Positions 12,201-36,900 of a stretch of 64,000 nucleotides of DNA are shown here, piece by piece. The notes beneath the pieces are model-generated. The model did not search any database and was not told where the DNA came from. It saw nothing but the letters and a program-made list of their open reading frames with translations. Position 1 is the stretch's first letter; each line of letters starts with the position of its first letter. The stretch is from contig NC_086377.1 in NCBI RefSeq assembly GCF_036588685.1, forward strand, positions 13,268,001-13,332,000, read 5' to 3'. Position numbers and translations under genes: made by a program. The stretch is from Mytilus trossulus (taxonomy: Eukaryota).

Positions 12201-14921
12201 TACTAGCATATGGTGATGAAAATTTAATACTTTACATTCTAAGGACATCTATACATATTATTCAAAATAAGATTTGCAATAAAGTTAGAGCAGTCCCTGA
12301 CATATTTAGCATATCTTGTGAACATGATTAATAAAACAGATGAAAATCTTAACCTTGCAACATCAACATAACGATAAGGTACAACACAATGATATATATT
12401 GTTCAATATAGGGACTGGGTAACTACCCCTCAAAGAGGATGTTTTACCCTCGTTTGTTGTGAGCAAAAATTAAAGAAGAGAGAAACTTAACAGACTTAAT
12501 TTTGGGCACTAAATTGCTCCGAATCGATAAAAAAAAAAGTTGAGTATATTTAACATACAGGTATCAAGTGAAATAATTTTTCGGTTATATTTTGCAAACA
12601 TAAAAGCAATACTTGTTACAGATCAGTAAAATATCTTCTTTTTGTCTCAAATTTCAGGGAATAAATACCTGCATATCTTAACACAAGTTGATACAGAGCT
12701 GCGCATCGACTTAGAGGCATGGGATGGCCAGAAGAGATATGCAAAGTACCCCTCATTCGAAATAGGTGATGCTGAATCAAAGTATACTCTATCTGTTGGT
12801 GTATGCCGTGGAAATGCTGGTAACTACAACTATATTACTGTAACTGTTACAATTTTATTTTATGGTCCTATGATAGTTGAGGAGCGTAATGATTTTCTTG
12901 TATGTGCGTTCAATCGTTCGTCTCTCCGTCCGTTCGTCTGTCCCGCTTCAGGTTTCAGTTTTTGGTCTAGGTATTTTTTTGATTAAATGAGTCTTATGGA
13001 ATGTTCTTCCTCATATTAATGCCAAATTAGATTTCTGATCCCCAATTTCACGGTCCAATTATGAGAGTAAGGCATCCGTGTACTGGGGAAACAAACTTAT
13101 TTACAAATCAATCGCCAGTACAATGATTGGATATTAAGTAATTAATTTTCGCCATCTTTGATAAAACCAAGGTTACCTTTTCGACGATTTCTTTTTCACG
13201 ACTCGGATCATTTCGAGGGCTTGCATATTTCTTAAATGGTGGATTAAATGTATGATCACATAAGCAACACGACGGTTGCCACATGTGGAGTAGGATCTGC
13301 TTACCCTTCCGGATCACTTGATATAACCCCTATTGTTTTGTGGGTTCGTGTTGCTAATTCTTTAGTTTTCTATGTTGTGTCATGTGTACTTTTAATTGTC
13401 TGTTTGTCTTTTTTAATTTTTAGCCATGTCGTTGTCAGTTTATTTTCGATTAATGAGTTTGACTGTCCCTCTAGTATCTTATGCCCCCTTTTAAAGATGT
13501 TTGAAATAAGCATTCGCTCAACTGTTTTATGCTTTACTTAAAAGAGCCAATCTTTAAATGGGGAATTTTTTTCTATATGACGGGAGAAATTTTGAGTAAT
13601 TCGTATTTTTATGGCCCCGAAACGAAGCTGTCAGTGTCATAAAATTTTACCTTTGTCCGAAATTCCGAAATTTCTAAATTCCGAAGTTCCGTACTTCTGT
13701 CATTCCACAACAAACCATTTTACGTAATTTTATCTAAACGCCTTCAGATATTAGGCTGCTTTTTGGTATGTGAGTTAACCATGATGAGTTACAGATCAGG
13801 TTTGAGTTTCGTTCCGCTTCGCTGATTTTTGCCGAAAAAAAGGGCTTTGGACTTAGATTAATTGTTGAAAATCGCAGTTATATGGATTTTTTTCTAAACG
13901 CGTTCAGATATTGGGATGATTTTTGGCATGTGAATAACCATGATGAGTTAGAGATCAGGGATAAGTTTTGTTTCGCTCGGCTCATTTATGCAGAAATTAC
14001 GAGCTATGGACTTGGATAGATTGTTGAAAATCACAGTTATACAGAGGTTTTTTTTCTAAACGCTTTCAGACATTGGGCCGATTGTGGTATTGAAGGCCGT
14101 ACTTTAACCTATAATGGTTTAATTTTTAAATTGTTATTTGGATGGAGAGTTGTCTCATTGGCACTCACACCACATCTTCCTATATCTATATGTTAGTTAT
14201 TCATGATGAGTTAAAGATCAAGTTAAAGTTTCGTTCCGCTCCGCTAATTATAGCAAAAATTAAGGCTTTACAACTTTGAAACTTGTTGAAAATCACAGTT
14301 ATACGGACCTATTTGCTATACGCATCCATATTTTGAGCTGATATTTTTTATAAGTGAGACTACCATCCTGTTTGTGTTCGCATGTGTTATTCGAATTGCA
14401 GATTTTTGAACTTTTCGGTAGGGGGCCAGTCGTGTCGATTTGACACATCTAGTTTATGAACAAAAATCTGCATTCGCTATGTTTTGCACTCTAAAGGCCT
14501 GGCCTATTATATCTTTTGATTTGTCTAAATAATACAAATCTTTTAACGCTAAGAAATGTTAAAAAACAATCATCAGAACAAATTTAAAAAGAAGGCGTTG
14601 TCAGTTTTATACGAAAGTAGCTCGAATGTAGGATATGCTTTCATTTATTTTGACAATTTTGTTTCAGGTGATGGTTTAGCTTATCATCATGGACTCAAGT
14701 TCAGTACATTTGATCAGGATAATACACGAACAGGCAGCACATGCGCTAACAGAAACAAGGGAGCATGGTGGTATAAATCTTGTAGTCACTCATCTCTGAA
14801 TGGGGAATATCTCAAGACCAATGGTGTAGCAGATCAAAATATGGGAATCAACTGGGAAAAATTCAAAGGAGACCACTACTCATTAAAAGGAAGCTCTATG
14901 ATGCTTCGTAGGAAGACATAA
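3207..14921 (+). CDS. Type II transmembrane fibrinogen-related domain protein (FReD/FREP, FIBCD1-like architecture), 483 aa
   Basis: GT-AG exons that join in frame: 3207-3450, 4257-4325, 5295-5369, 5978-6052, 6661-6735, 6956-7030, 8051-8125, 10272-10364, 10960-11117, 11964-12060, 12658-12819, 14668-14921 (1452 nt). N-terminal tail, hydrophobic TM (FLCVVGGLIVGCFLTVGFCYLFF), helical stalk, then FBG motifs RDC..GVY, VYCDMTTDGGGW, VFQRRIDGSENF.R.W..YEDGFG, ELRIDLE, FSTFDQDN, GAWWY, LNGEY. AATAAA near 15051. Stalk exons are less certain than FBG exons. Confidence 0.88.
4369..4690. mobile_element. Foldback/MITE with long imperfect inverted repeats (intronic)
   Basis: TTCATGTTGACCCTTTGGCTAAAAT...CATCTTGAAA mirrored by TTTCAAGATG...ATTTTAGCCAAAGGGTCCACATGAA. 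Confidence 0.65.
4850..5030 (+). mobile_element. SINE fragment with a conserved central-domain motif
   Basis: TTTTCTCCGGGCACCCCGTCTTCCTCCACCAATAAAATCTGTCCGCCAC resembles the central domain of mollusc tRNA-derived SINEs; recognised from memory, not aligned. Confidence 0.5.
5526..5724 (+). mobile_element. Retrozyme-family fragment with degenerate hammerhead (5641-5684)
   Basis: GCCTCA-TTGATGA-GTCT-TTTGT-AGAC-GAAA-CGCGTA-TC-TGGCGT: core C3 mutated, stem III broken. Reverse-complement homologue of 16435-16807. Confidence 0.65.
7675..7822. repeat. Abundant dispersed short repeat (SINE-like), representative copy
   Basis: Motif GGATGGAGAGTTGTCTC..TGGCACTCACAC.ACATCTTCCTATATC (or reverse complement) recurs near 8900-9040, 14090-14190, 26465-26725, 41272-41462 plus 42537-42690, 46375-46560, 47005-47200, 48585-48880 and 51945-52110. 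Confidence 0.8.
8330..8791 (+). mobile_element. Helentron-associated (HINE/DINE-1-like) non-autonomous element
   Basis: T-run start, short 5' hairpin (ATGCCCC...GGGGCAT), (GTCC/GTTC)n microsatellite, two ~170-bp internal tandem units, 3' GGGGCAT plus short palindrome, T-run end. Related copies at ~11672-11946 and ~12858-13100. Confidence 0.7.
9257..10205. repeat. 52-bp minisatellite, ~18 copies, in a FReD intron
   Basis: Unit ACGGTTTTATATTCTTAAACATTCACATGACCATATTGTAGAGTTGAGCTAT, period 52 (e.g. 9309, 9361); no spacers. Confidence 0.95.
13250..13490 (+). mobile_element. 3' non-coding segment of a Penelope-like retroelement family
   Basis: CACATAAGCAACACGACGG.TGCCACATGTGGAG.AGGATCTGCTTACCCTTCCGG matches the element at 29881-30345 (reverse complement) and the copy at ~32714-32928. 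Confidence 0.55.
13606..14453 (+). mobile_element. HINE-like element with ~160-bp internal tandem repeats, interrupted by a short repeat
   Basis: T-run/ATGGCCCC start, TTCCGAAA microrepeats, repeated CATGATGAGTTA.AGATCA..TT...TTTCGTTCCGCT units, GGGGCCA plus hairpin at the end; SINE-like insert at ~14090-14190. Confidence 0.6.
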
Positions 14922-15390
14922 AAGGCGATATTTGACCTTGAGGTCCTGCAGTCATGCAAACTGTGTGTGTGATTAAATTAATTACATTGTTTCAATCTTG
15001 TAAACCTATATTGTTCCTTTTACAATGTTTTATAACGTTATAAGTTATGCAATAAAAAATCGTCATTTTCATACCCATTGTTTAAACATAGTTAGAGCAG
15101 TGCAACATATGTAGAGGACTATACATTTATTTACATAACTTTTGATTACACATTGGTGCTTTTGAAATAATATACAATTTACCCTGGTGGATCCACATGT
15201 TTGTTTATGTTCCGGGCCATATGAGTATTTTGACCATACGCGAATGGTCATGACCATATGGGTATATACGCATATGGTCGGGGTAACAAACACTCTGTTT
15301 CACGGATGTGGCTATACTTTTTGGACCTTTTGGATTATAGCTCTTCGTCTTTTATATAAGCTTTGAATTTCAAATATATTTTGGCCACGA

Positions 15391-15434
15391 GCATCACTGA
15401 AGAGACATGTATTGTCGAAATGCGCATCTGGTGC
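15391..15434 (+). ncRNA. Minimal type I hammerhead ribozyme, intact core
   Basis: Stem I GCATCA/TGGTGC, core CTGAAGA, stem II GACA-TGTAT-TGTC, GAAA, stem III T-GCGC-A, AUC cleavage triplet. Confidence 0.8.
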
Positions 15435-16309
15435 AAGTAAATTGGTACTGCTGTTTTTTTTTACAGTTTACTTTTAATACTTCTTAACTCTTCATAAGGT
15501 ATGACCGTTCATTAAAATACGCTATCATATAGGTAATTGTATTATTATATTATAATAACAAGATCAGCTAAATAAAAATTAGAAGTTTCACATTGTTAAT
15601 TTTTCAGTTTGTCATGTGGTTTGTTTTCATTTTTTTTTGTCATGGCGTTGGCACTTTTTTCAAATCTGCTCAGTCTTCGTCGTCTTCACTTAAAAGCAAA
15701 CATCAGAAGAAAAGGCTGCGTCAATGAAGAATGGAAATGGGGAGTGGCAAAGAGACAACAACCCGACCATAGAGCAGACAACAGAAAAAGGTCACCAATA
15801 GGTCTTCAATGCAACGAGAAATTCCCGCACCCGGAGGCGTCCTTCAGCTGTCCTTACTTATGTAAAAGACCGCTGCGGTAGTAACTGGTTTTAAATAAAG
15901 TTTCTTTGATTATAGTTGATGTTTTGTTGACTCTATGCAATAAATGTATACCTTGCATATGTTTCAAAGTAATTATAAGATACATGTATGATATAAATCA
16001 AAAGTTTACACATGCGTGAACATTCTTGGATAATTTTGTTTATATTAATCGTTCATTTCACATTGTTTCTTTTTTTTTTAGGTTATATCTTGAAACAAAC
16101 GAAAAAGATAAAAGGCATTTGTTTGTTCCTCAGCGCTCTTCAACTTAATATTTTATTCGGCTATTTTTAATTGTTGAAAAGTATATAATATCATACTTGG
16201 TATATAATTCAGTTTATAGACAAATTAATATAATTAAACAAAAGTAGAAAAAAAGGATAACACAGACCATACAACGCTAACAGTATCGTATTTTCAGTTT
16301 TATAACTAT

Positions 16310-23634
<7,325 letters not shown>

Positions 23635-24812
23635 CTACAAAATAAAACAAAAATAGCTAAATCCTTTAAAGGTTATCATTTATTTCAAAGGAAAATTTAG
23701 GACAGTTGTTGTCGGTTCGTTGGATGTATTTTATCATTTGATTTTGTCGTATGATTAGGGTCTTTCTGTTTATAGTTTTCTCGAAGTTCAGAGTTTGTGC
23801 TTTCACTTTATTTGTAACTGCATAAACAATTTGAGTTGTAGCTTTATACCATGAATTCATTAAAACAATTTCAAATGTACTACTTAAGAAAATTATCTCA
23901 AAAGATTTAAGTATTTATCTGAACTAGTACATGTAGTATTTGTGTTGATATATGAATTTAATAGGAAGAATGGAAGCCATAACTACAATGTTACGTGTGT
24001 ACATGGTGTGCTGTTTATTCCTGTAGATTAATTGGTTAGTCTAGTTTTGATATATATAAACAACTTATGACCATTGGTCTAATATTTTATGTATCTATTT
24101 ATTTTTATTGCAACCTTCAAAGTAGTGTTTTAAAAGAATCTGCTGTCCTAGTTGATTACTTAATTTAAATAATCTTAAAACTGGAAGGTATGTGATGTCG
24201 AAATGTCTCTATGTATATACATCATACCATGTGATAAAATCCTAATCTGTGTGTGAATTTATTAGTGTTTTTTTGGTTGCCTTTTCAATGAAGTATACAC
24301 CTATTATATATTCCTATATATTTTGTTCATGATGGAAGTATATGTTTAAAGAGATTATCAAAACCGTTTTCTATCTTTAATAATTGCATATTTTATACAC
24401 TTAGACACAGAACTGTTTAGCAGGAAAGGTTTCTTACTTCATTGTTATAACACGAAAACAACAAACATTAAAACATATGTTCCGTTACATTTTCCGTTTA
24501 TTAGAACAAATTTTTGGAACGTCAATAAATGATATACATCTAACTTTAGGTTATAACGAATGACAAAACGATATTTCATTCAGATTTAAATATACTTTTC
24601 ACTTAAAATTGTATTCTTCTTTCATAAAGTAAAATTTAAAAAATCAGAACTCCTCCGAAAATTCAAAATGGAGAGTCCGTAATCAAATGGCAAAATCACA
24701 AACTCAAACACATCAAACAAATGGATAGCAACTGTCATACAATGTATTCCTGACTTGGTACAGGCATTAAATTTTATCAATTTTAGATCAAACATACACA
24801 TGATATGCTTAC

Positions 24813-24866
24813 CTTCGTACTAAAGATAAATTGGTTTGTCAGATCTAGTTTGACGTCTATTTTTAC
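24813..24866 (-). promoter_or_regulatory. Probable non-coding first exon and weak TATA-like box of paralogue A
   Basis: The ATG at 23634 directly follows an AG acceptor, so an upstream exon is needed. Donor AAG|GTAAGC at 24812; local similarity to the paralogue B promoter. Confidence 0.5.
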
Positions 24867-27023
24867 TACAGGTATACAATATGAAGTGTTAAAAACGTCG
24901 TTCTACATAGTTGTAACATTGAAATGATTTAAAGTGCAACATGCATGTACATGTATATGTTTCGTGAGACAAAGTTTTTCAAGTTTGTCAAGGCTTGTTT
25001 ACTTAGATATAAAAGATCAAATACCAGTAAGTCTTAGGTTAGTAATGTTATGTCGCTTAAGGACAGACGGTACATATACATGGGAGATAATGACATTGCG
25101 TATTAAATTATAATCCTGGTACCTTTGATAACTATTGCTAACGTAAAACTGTATTTTTCGCGACGTCAAACTATTACCTATTGGGAAAAGATTTTCAATT
25201 TTTCAAATGGTTTTTACAATCGGATTGATCGAAAACAAGTAAAGGGAACCCTCTTATTGACAAAAAAATGTATTTGGCCTGGTTAATTACTAGTGATTTT
25301 ATTTTATCAATGTATAGAACCACACTATATATGATTGTGTTTCTTAATTGGATAAATATACAGTACTAATTTTTCTAACATTTAATATTAATTAATTATT
25401 TTCGAAGAGTTGTAACACAGACTTCAACCATAATAAGATTAGCGTGTAGGTTGATTCCTCTTAAAACTTTAAAACCCGAAGCATTTGTTTGCACCTGTCC
25501 TAAGTCAGGAACCCGATGTTTAATTGTTGTCGTTTGTTGTCGTTTGTGATTCATACGTGTTTCTTGTAATTAGTTCTTTGTATAGATTAGACCGTTGTTT
25601 TTCACGTTTGAATTGTTTTACACTAGTAATTTTGTGGGCGTTTTAACCTTTTTGTTCAGTGTGAATCTTTTACTGCATCAGATGCGCGTATTGACAATCA
25701 ATGTCTCTTCAGCGCTGAAAGCAATAAAAGTAAGAATGAAAATGGGGAACGTGTCAAAAAGACAACAAACCGACCAAAAAGCATAATACAGACGAAGGCC
25801 ATCAATGGGTCTTCAACAGGGCGAAAAATCCCCCACCTGGAGTCGAGCTCGAGCTGGCCCCTAAACAAAAGTGTATACTAGGACTGAGATATAGTTTATG
25901 CCATATTTAACTCCAAATTAGATAAACTAAACGCTAAACTTTTAATCATACAAGACTCACAAAGAGGCCAGAATATCAAGTACAATTTCAGTCGTCAGGG
26001 GTTTAGTATCATACGATCATAAACTACATGAGAAGAACATAACTCGTAACATGTCAACAACTGGTTTTAGCTGAAATGTGTTTATATCCGACGCAAAGAT
26101 CATATTAGTGAATCAATTTTAAAACAAAAATATGCCATCTTTAATGACATGAGGAAAACAATGTCTTGACTCGAAATGATTTCAAAAAGTGTTACAGCAA
26201 TATCTAAATGATACCCTCGATGATAAGCAACACATTTACAGAGAAACACAAATGTCAGCATTTGAATGTAATAATAAGTCTTAATAAATCCTGAAACTAA
26301 GATAACTTTTAAAAATACACTGCAAATACATTTTGTGACAGGACAGGAACAGTTAGTTTGTGTAGTGGAAAAAGGGTTCGTACTAATGGTAAGTTATGTT
26401 TATCAATGTGAGCATTTACGTCCATTATAATTTTATAGTTGATTTCGATAATCAACTATAACTATGCCTGTCCTAAGTCAGTAGCCTGTAATTCAGAGGT
26501 TGTCGTTTGTTTATGTGTTATATTTTTTCATATAAATAAGGCCGTTAGTTTTCTCGTTTGAATTGTTTTACATTGTCTTAACGGGGCCTTTTATAGCTGA
26601 CTATGCGGTATGGACTTTGCTCATTGTTGAAGGCCATACGGTGACCTATAACTGTAAATGTCTGTGTCATTTTGGTTTCTTGATGACAGTTATCTCATTG
26701 GCAATTATACCACATCTTCTTTTTTAAATATAACTGCTGGCATCCACTTTATTTCAAATTGGGGTATAGTTGTCGCATTGGCAATAATATCTCATAATTC
26801 TTATTCTGATATTGATGTAAAGCAAGGCGAACCCTCACCTCCCTGATTTTTCTTATTTATCGTAAATTATTTTATCCGATTCATGTCAATAGACGTCAAC
26901 CATGATGCCGTATTTCTAAATGGACTTAAATCCCATAATAGACGATACCGTTTTATTTGGAAAATATCGACTTTGACAATAATGGATTCATTTGTTTATT
27001 CATATGTGCAGTACCTTGTTGTA

Positions 27024-27205
27024 TTAAGGTGGTACCCAACACTTTCACTAAAATTATTTTTGCTCGTTTAATTTTATCAAAGCAATTTGACAAACACCAA
27101 CTTTGACAATTGAGAAGATTAATAGACCTTCTACAACACAAGGTAATTAAAATGTTTAACTGGCATTACATAGTTATCTCCTTGTAGTGTTAGGTACCAC
27201 CTTAG
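27024..27205. mobile_element. TTAA-type MITE, same family as 21871-22117
   Basis: TTAA-GGTGGTACCCAACACT...AGTGTTAGGTACCACC-TTAG. Confidence 0.75.
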
Positions 27206-27287
27206 TACACTACAACTTAAAAGTTTTTGTATACTCCAAAAAGTTAAAAACAACAAGAATCTATGAGCCATGTCATCTTTAATAAAT

Positions 27288-28073
27288 TCACCTCAGAAAC
27301 TTACAAAACCTTTGACATGTTTGAATAGACTTATCAAGAAGGGATATAATTACGATACTGTTGTCAAGTCATTAAAGATTGCATATGTTGGCGTTAATAT
27401 TGAGTCACTGATAAGCTCTTTGCTTCGGAACTAAACACATTTATTCTAAAAACAGTTGTTGGCATGACACGGGTTATGTTCTTCTCATATTTGTTATGAT
27501 GGTATGATACTAAACCCTTAACGGGAAGGATTGTGCCTGATGTTCATATGATGAAATCATAATCTTTCAGTCAGTTTAATTGAAGTCTGGAGCTGGCATG
27601 TCTGTTAACTGCTAGTAGTCTGTTGTTATTTATGTATTATTGTCATTTTGTTTATTTTCTTTGGTTACATCTTCTGACATCAGACTCGGACTTCTCTTGA
27701 ACTGAATTTGAATGTGCGTTTTGTTATGCGTTTACTTTTCTGCATTGGTTGGAGGTGTAGGGGGAGAGTTGAGATCTCACGGACATGTTTGGCCCCGCCG
27801 CATTTTTGCGCCTGTCCCAAGTCAGGAGCCTCTGGCCTTTGTTAGTCTTGTATTATTTTAATTTTAGTTTCTTGTGTACAATTTGGAAATAAGTATGGCG
27901 TTCATTATCACTGTACTAGTATATATTTCTTTAGGGGCCAGCTGAAGGACGCCTCCGGGTGCGGGAATTTCTTGCTACATTTAAGACCTGTTTGTGACCT
28001 TCTGCTGTTGTTTTTTTTATTTGGTCGGGTTGTTGTCTCTGTGACACAATCCCCATTTCCATTCTCAATTTTA
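27288..28073 (+). mobile_element. Long copy of an abundant retroelement-derived repeat (ORF tail plus 3' region)
   Basis: Short peptide tail SPQKLTKPL..LNRLIKKGYNYDTVVKSLKIAY...RN-stop, then a region ending CCCCATTTCCATTCTCAATTTTA. Reverse-complement partial copies at ~15720-15850, 18565-18940, 25725-26140, 31665-32056, 55926-56280. Assignment to Penelope-like elements is tentative. Confidence 0.6.
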
Positions 28074-28615
28074 CTAAACAATTATGTGTTTTAGCAGCAG
28101 AACACGTGTTTCACTTCGATAGTATTTTTGGATCCGTTTTAAAGCTTTCAATCGAAATATAAAATTTCCATCGTGCTTGATCAAATTATGCATTATTACT
28201 TAATTTGTAGATGTGTATTAAATTTAGATAAACCTGATTAACAAATGTCACCTTATTTGTCAAAGCCGATGTCTGTGTTCCTATTGGTCCTTTCGGTTTT
28301 TTTTTTATCGGAATAAGTAAAAGTGTGTGTCTTTCTTTTCGGTAGAAGTTTGATGTGTTCGAGCTTTTGATTTTGACATTTTATTACGAACTTTCGTTTT
28401 GCATTTTCTTCGAAATAACTTTTTAGAGCATGTAGTACAACTTAGCATAAAATATGACAAAATCACAGGGATCATCGAACATAAAACATGACAAAATCTC
28501 AGGGAACATAGAACATAAAATATGACAAAATCTCAGGGAACATGGAACAAAATTAAAATAGTTGTGTTTAATAAAGAGATACGTTTAAATTTAATATATA
28601 TATATATATTATAGA

Positions 28616-28725
28616 AGCCCAGGTTGTCATGTGGTCTATCACGCCGGTTATAGTGCAGGCGATTTGGTGTCACGATATCTCAGTAGCATGGGTTCGAATC
28701 CCGGTGAGGAAAGGACAAAAGATTT
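28616..28725 (+). mobile_element. tRNA-derived SINE head
   Basis: A-box-like GTGGTCTA and perfect B box GGTTCGAATCC (28691-28701), but no complete cloverleaf. Confidence 0.6.
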
Positions 28726-28893
28726 GAGAAATTGTTCACAGCCATGTATCACTATAACTGCTGGTGATCCGATTGATAAATCTGTTGTAGAGTTGTCAGT
28801 GACTGACTCACTAACTCAGACGTACTTATATTATAAAGGCTATACACACATTTGAAAATATACTTTATTCAAAAGGTTAAAACTAATAATTAA

Positions 28894-29078
28894 TTATCAA
28901 AGGTACCAGGTATAATTTAGTACGCCAGATGCGCGTTTCGTCTACATAAGATTCATCAGAGACGTTCATATCAAAATATTTATAAAACCAAACAAGTACA
29001 AAGTTGAAGAGCATTGAGGATCCCAAATTCCAAAACGTTGTGCCAAATACAGCTAAGCTAGGTAATTATCTATGCCTT
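28894..29078 (-). mobile_element. Retrozyme-family fragment, degenerate hammerhead at 28922-28965
   Basis: Homologous to the start of the 354-bp unit; CTGATGA and GAAA kept but stems I-III carry mismatches. Confidence 0.7.
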
Positions 29079-29454
29079 AGAATCGTTTTCAATGAATTAA
29101 GACAAGACAAACAGAATTCATCGTACCTTAAGAACCACTCATTAGATTATGTTTCCTCTAGTAGTATCTGCATTTTACTTAAACTACTAAAGATCTGTCT
29201 ACTTGTTTTTTACTCGAATTGTTAGATTGCAAGTGACAGAAATATTGTTTCCACTTTTTTAATTCAAATTAAATAAACAAACAACATTTCATTTCATTTC
29301 AATAAATTTTATTTCTTCGTCATATATTAATATATAAAAATATGTTCGTTTGATCCTTTTCAAGATAACACTATTTGTTCCTGCTCTAAACAGAATGGCA
29401 CTTATATTCGTCCTATTGATATGTATGCCGTTGTGTATCGCACTAACTAGTCCT

Positions 29455-35053
<5,599 letters not shown>

Positions 35054-36002
35054 CTAGAATAAAAAGCAAATCTTACTTACATGTATATAAAACGTTGCTT
35101 CAAGTTGTGAGGGGTAACACGGTGTTTTTATTTCTAATATCCCAACATTTTTCCCTTTATTTGAATTCCGCTTGTTCAACCCCGTATATCACACATCCCA
35201 AATGGATTGTATCTAAGCCCCCTCCCCCTGCTATCTCATATTAAAAAAAGTGTCATCCCCCTCTATTGTGTGTATATATTCCAATAGCGATATATGTATG
35301 TACCACGTCTTTTGTCAGGCATTACAAGGAGCATGTTTAAATATAGGATCTTTGTTTTACAACCGACATGCCCTATGTATTATTTAAACTCCATATGTAC
35401 TCTTTGAAAGTAATTTGTTTTACCCAGCAGGCTTCATAAAAATAACCATGGAAGAATCAAATATAGACCTTGATTATTATTTTATGATAATGATGAAATT
35501 CAAGGTCATCATTTGACAAATGCAAACGTTCGTTTTAAGTAAACATAACTTCAGAAAACAACTTTTTTTTTTAAAGCGGCATTACATGTTGCAATAATAA
35601 ATAGTCAAATAAAACAATTTAACATGCAAAATAAATCCTGTATTTTCACTGCTTTGATATCTTATGTCCTGTATGTATATTCAATCGTCAATTTAATGAA
35701 AAGAATAACTTATCTGAAAATTGAAAAATCGAAACTGCACGACAAAACAACATTGTTTTAACAAAATGCTAAATGTGCTACGTGTATTTACAAAATAATT
35801 TGTTTTCAGTCACAGGTCTTATATTTTTTTACTATTTCTTTAAATATTTTGAAAACTATGTTTGGAGCATAGTTGGAAAATTGACAAAATCAGAGAAAAA
35901 ATATAATAAGAAAAACTGCTGAATTGCAAAACTAAATATTAAACATAAAAACTACATGTATCTAACATTTTAGTTAACCTTAACTAAAGTTGAACCACTC
36001 AC

Positions 36003-36095
36003 CTTGGTTGTTTGGAGATACAGTAATGTCAGATAACTTTGTTTATCTTTTTATATCATAGGCTATAGGTGGTGAATCCCGAGGTATTCCACGTG
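36003..36095 (-). promoter_or_regulatory. Paralogue B core promoter and short non-coding first exon
   Basis: TATAAAAA at 36055-36048, donor AAG|GTGAGT at 36002, CACGTG E-box at 36090-36095; the ATG at 35053 directly follows an acceptor AG. Confidence 0.6.
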
Positions 36096-36183
36096 GTTCA
36101 AAAATTCGATTACTAGTAGTTAATATTGTCATAGATTATGGACAATGTTATGTAATGTTTAAACAATGGTTTGAGTAGATGAT

Positions 36184-36359
36184 AATTTGAACTGTACTAT
36201 CAGAAAGGCTATATAAAACTGAAGTCTGTGCTGGCATTCAAAGGTGGTGTTTAATAAATCAAATGCAAATACGCATACAAAATATAAATATGCAAACACG
36301 CATAAAGAAACAATGTTATTTCACCAATTGTCATATAAAAAATGAACACCACAATTACC
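36184..36359 (-). repeat. Split direct repeat B2 (176 bp)
   Basis: Identical by eye to 36661-36836 (offset 477). Confidence 0.95.
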
Positions 36360-36525
36360 TATAAAGGTAAAATAATTTTAAATTTATACAACAAAAAAAT
36401 AATACAAAAAAAAATATTGCAAACAACATTTCACTAAAGTTGCAAGCTAAATCATGTCGAGAAAAAAAATTTCAACATAATGCATATGAAATAAGACAAT
36501 AATTCTGATAGGGTGGGCGGGAGGG

Positions 36526-36836
36526 ATAAAAACGTGGTTTCAAATTGGATCGATAATTGATGTGCTAAACATATCTCTTTTAGGAAAGAGCTATATTGGT
36601 GAATCTAAAACATGGAGTACGCCCCGACAAATTAAACAAAATGACTAGCCATTTTTAACCAATTTGAACTGTACTATCAGAAAGGCTATATAAAACTGAA
36701 GTCTGTGCTGGCATTCAAAGGTGGTGTTTAATAAATCAAATGCAAATACGCATACAAAATATAAATATGCAAACACGCATAAAGAAACAATGTTATTTCA
36801 CCAATTGTCATATAAAAAATGAACACCACAATTACC
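36526..36836 (-). repeat. Internal B1-A2 junction of the split direct repeats
   Basis: A2 36526-36664 equals 40984-41122; B1 36661-36836 equals 36184-36359; the two overlap at AATT 36661-36664. Confidence 0.95.
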
Positions 36837-36900
36837 AAGGCAACGCAATGCCAAGCACAGAAATCAGAGGGAAGGACAAAATAATTATCATGGATGTTTA

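Noticed and set aside
28616-28725. Functional tRNA gene
   Set aside because: B box present but no consistent acceptor and anticodon stems; better explained as a SINE head.
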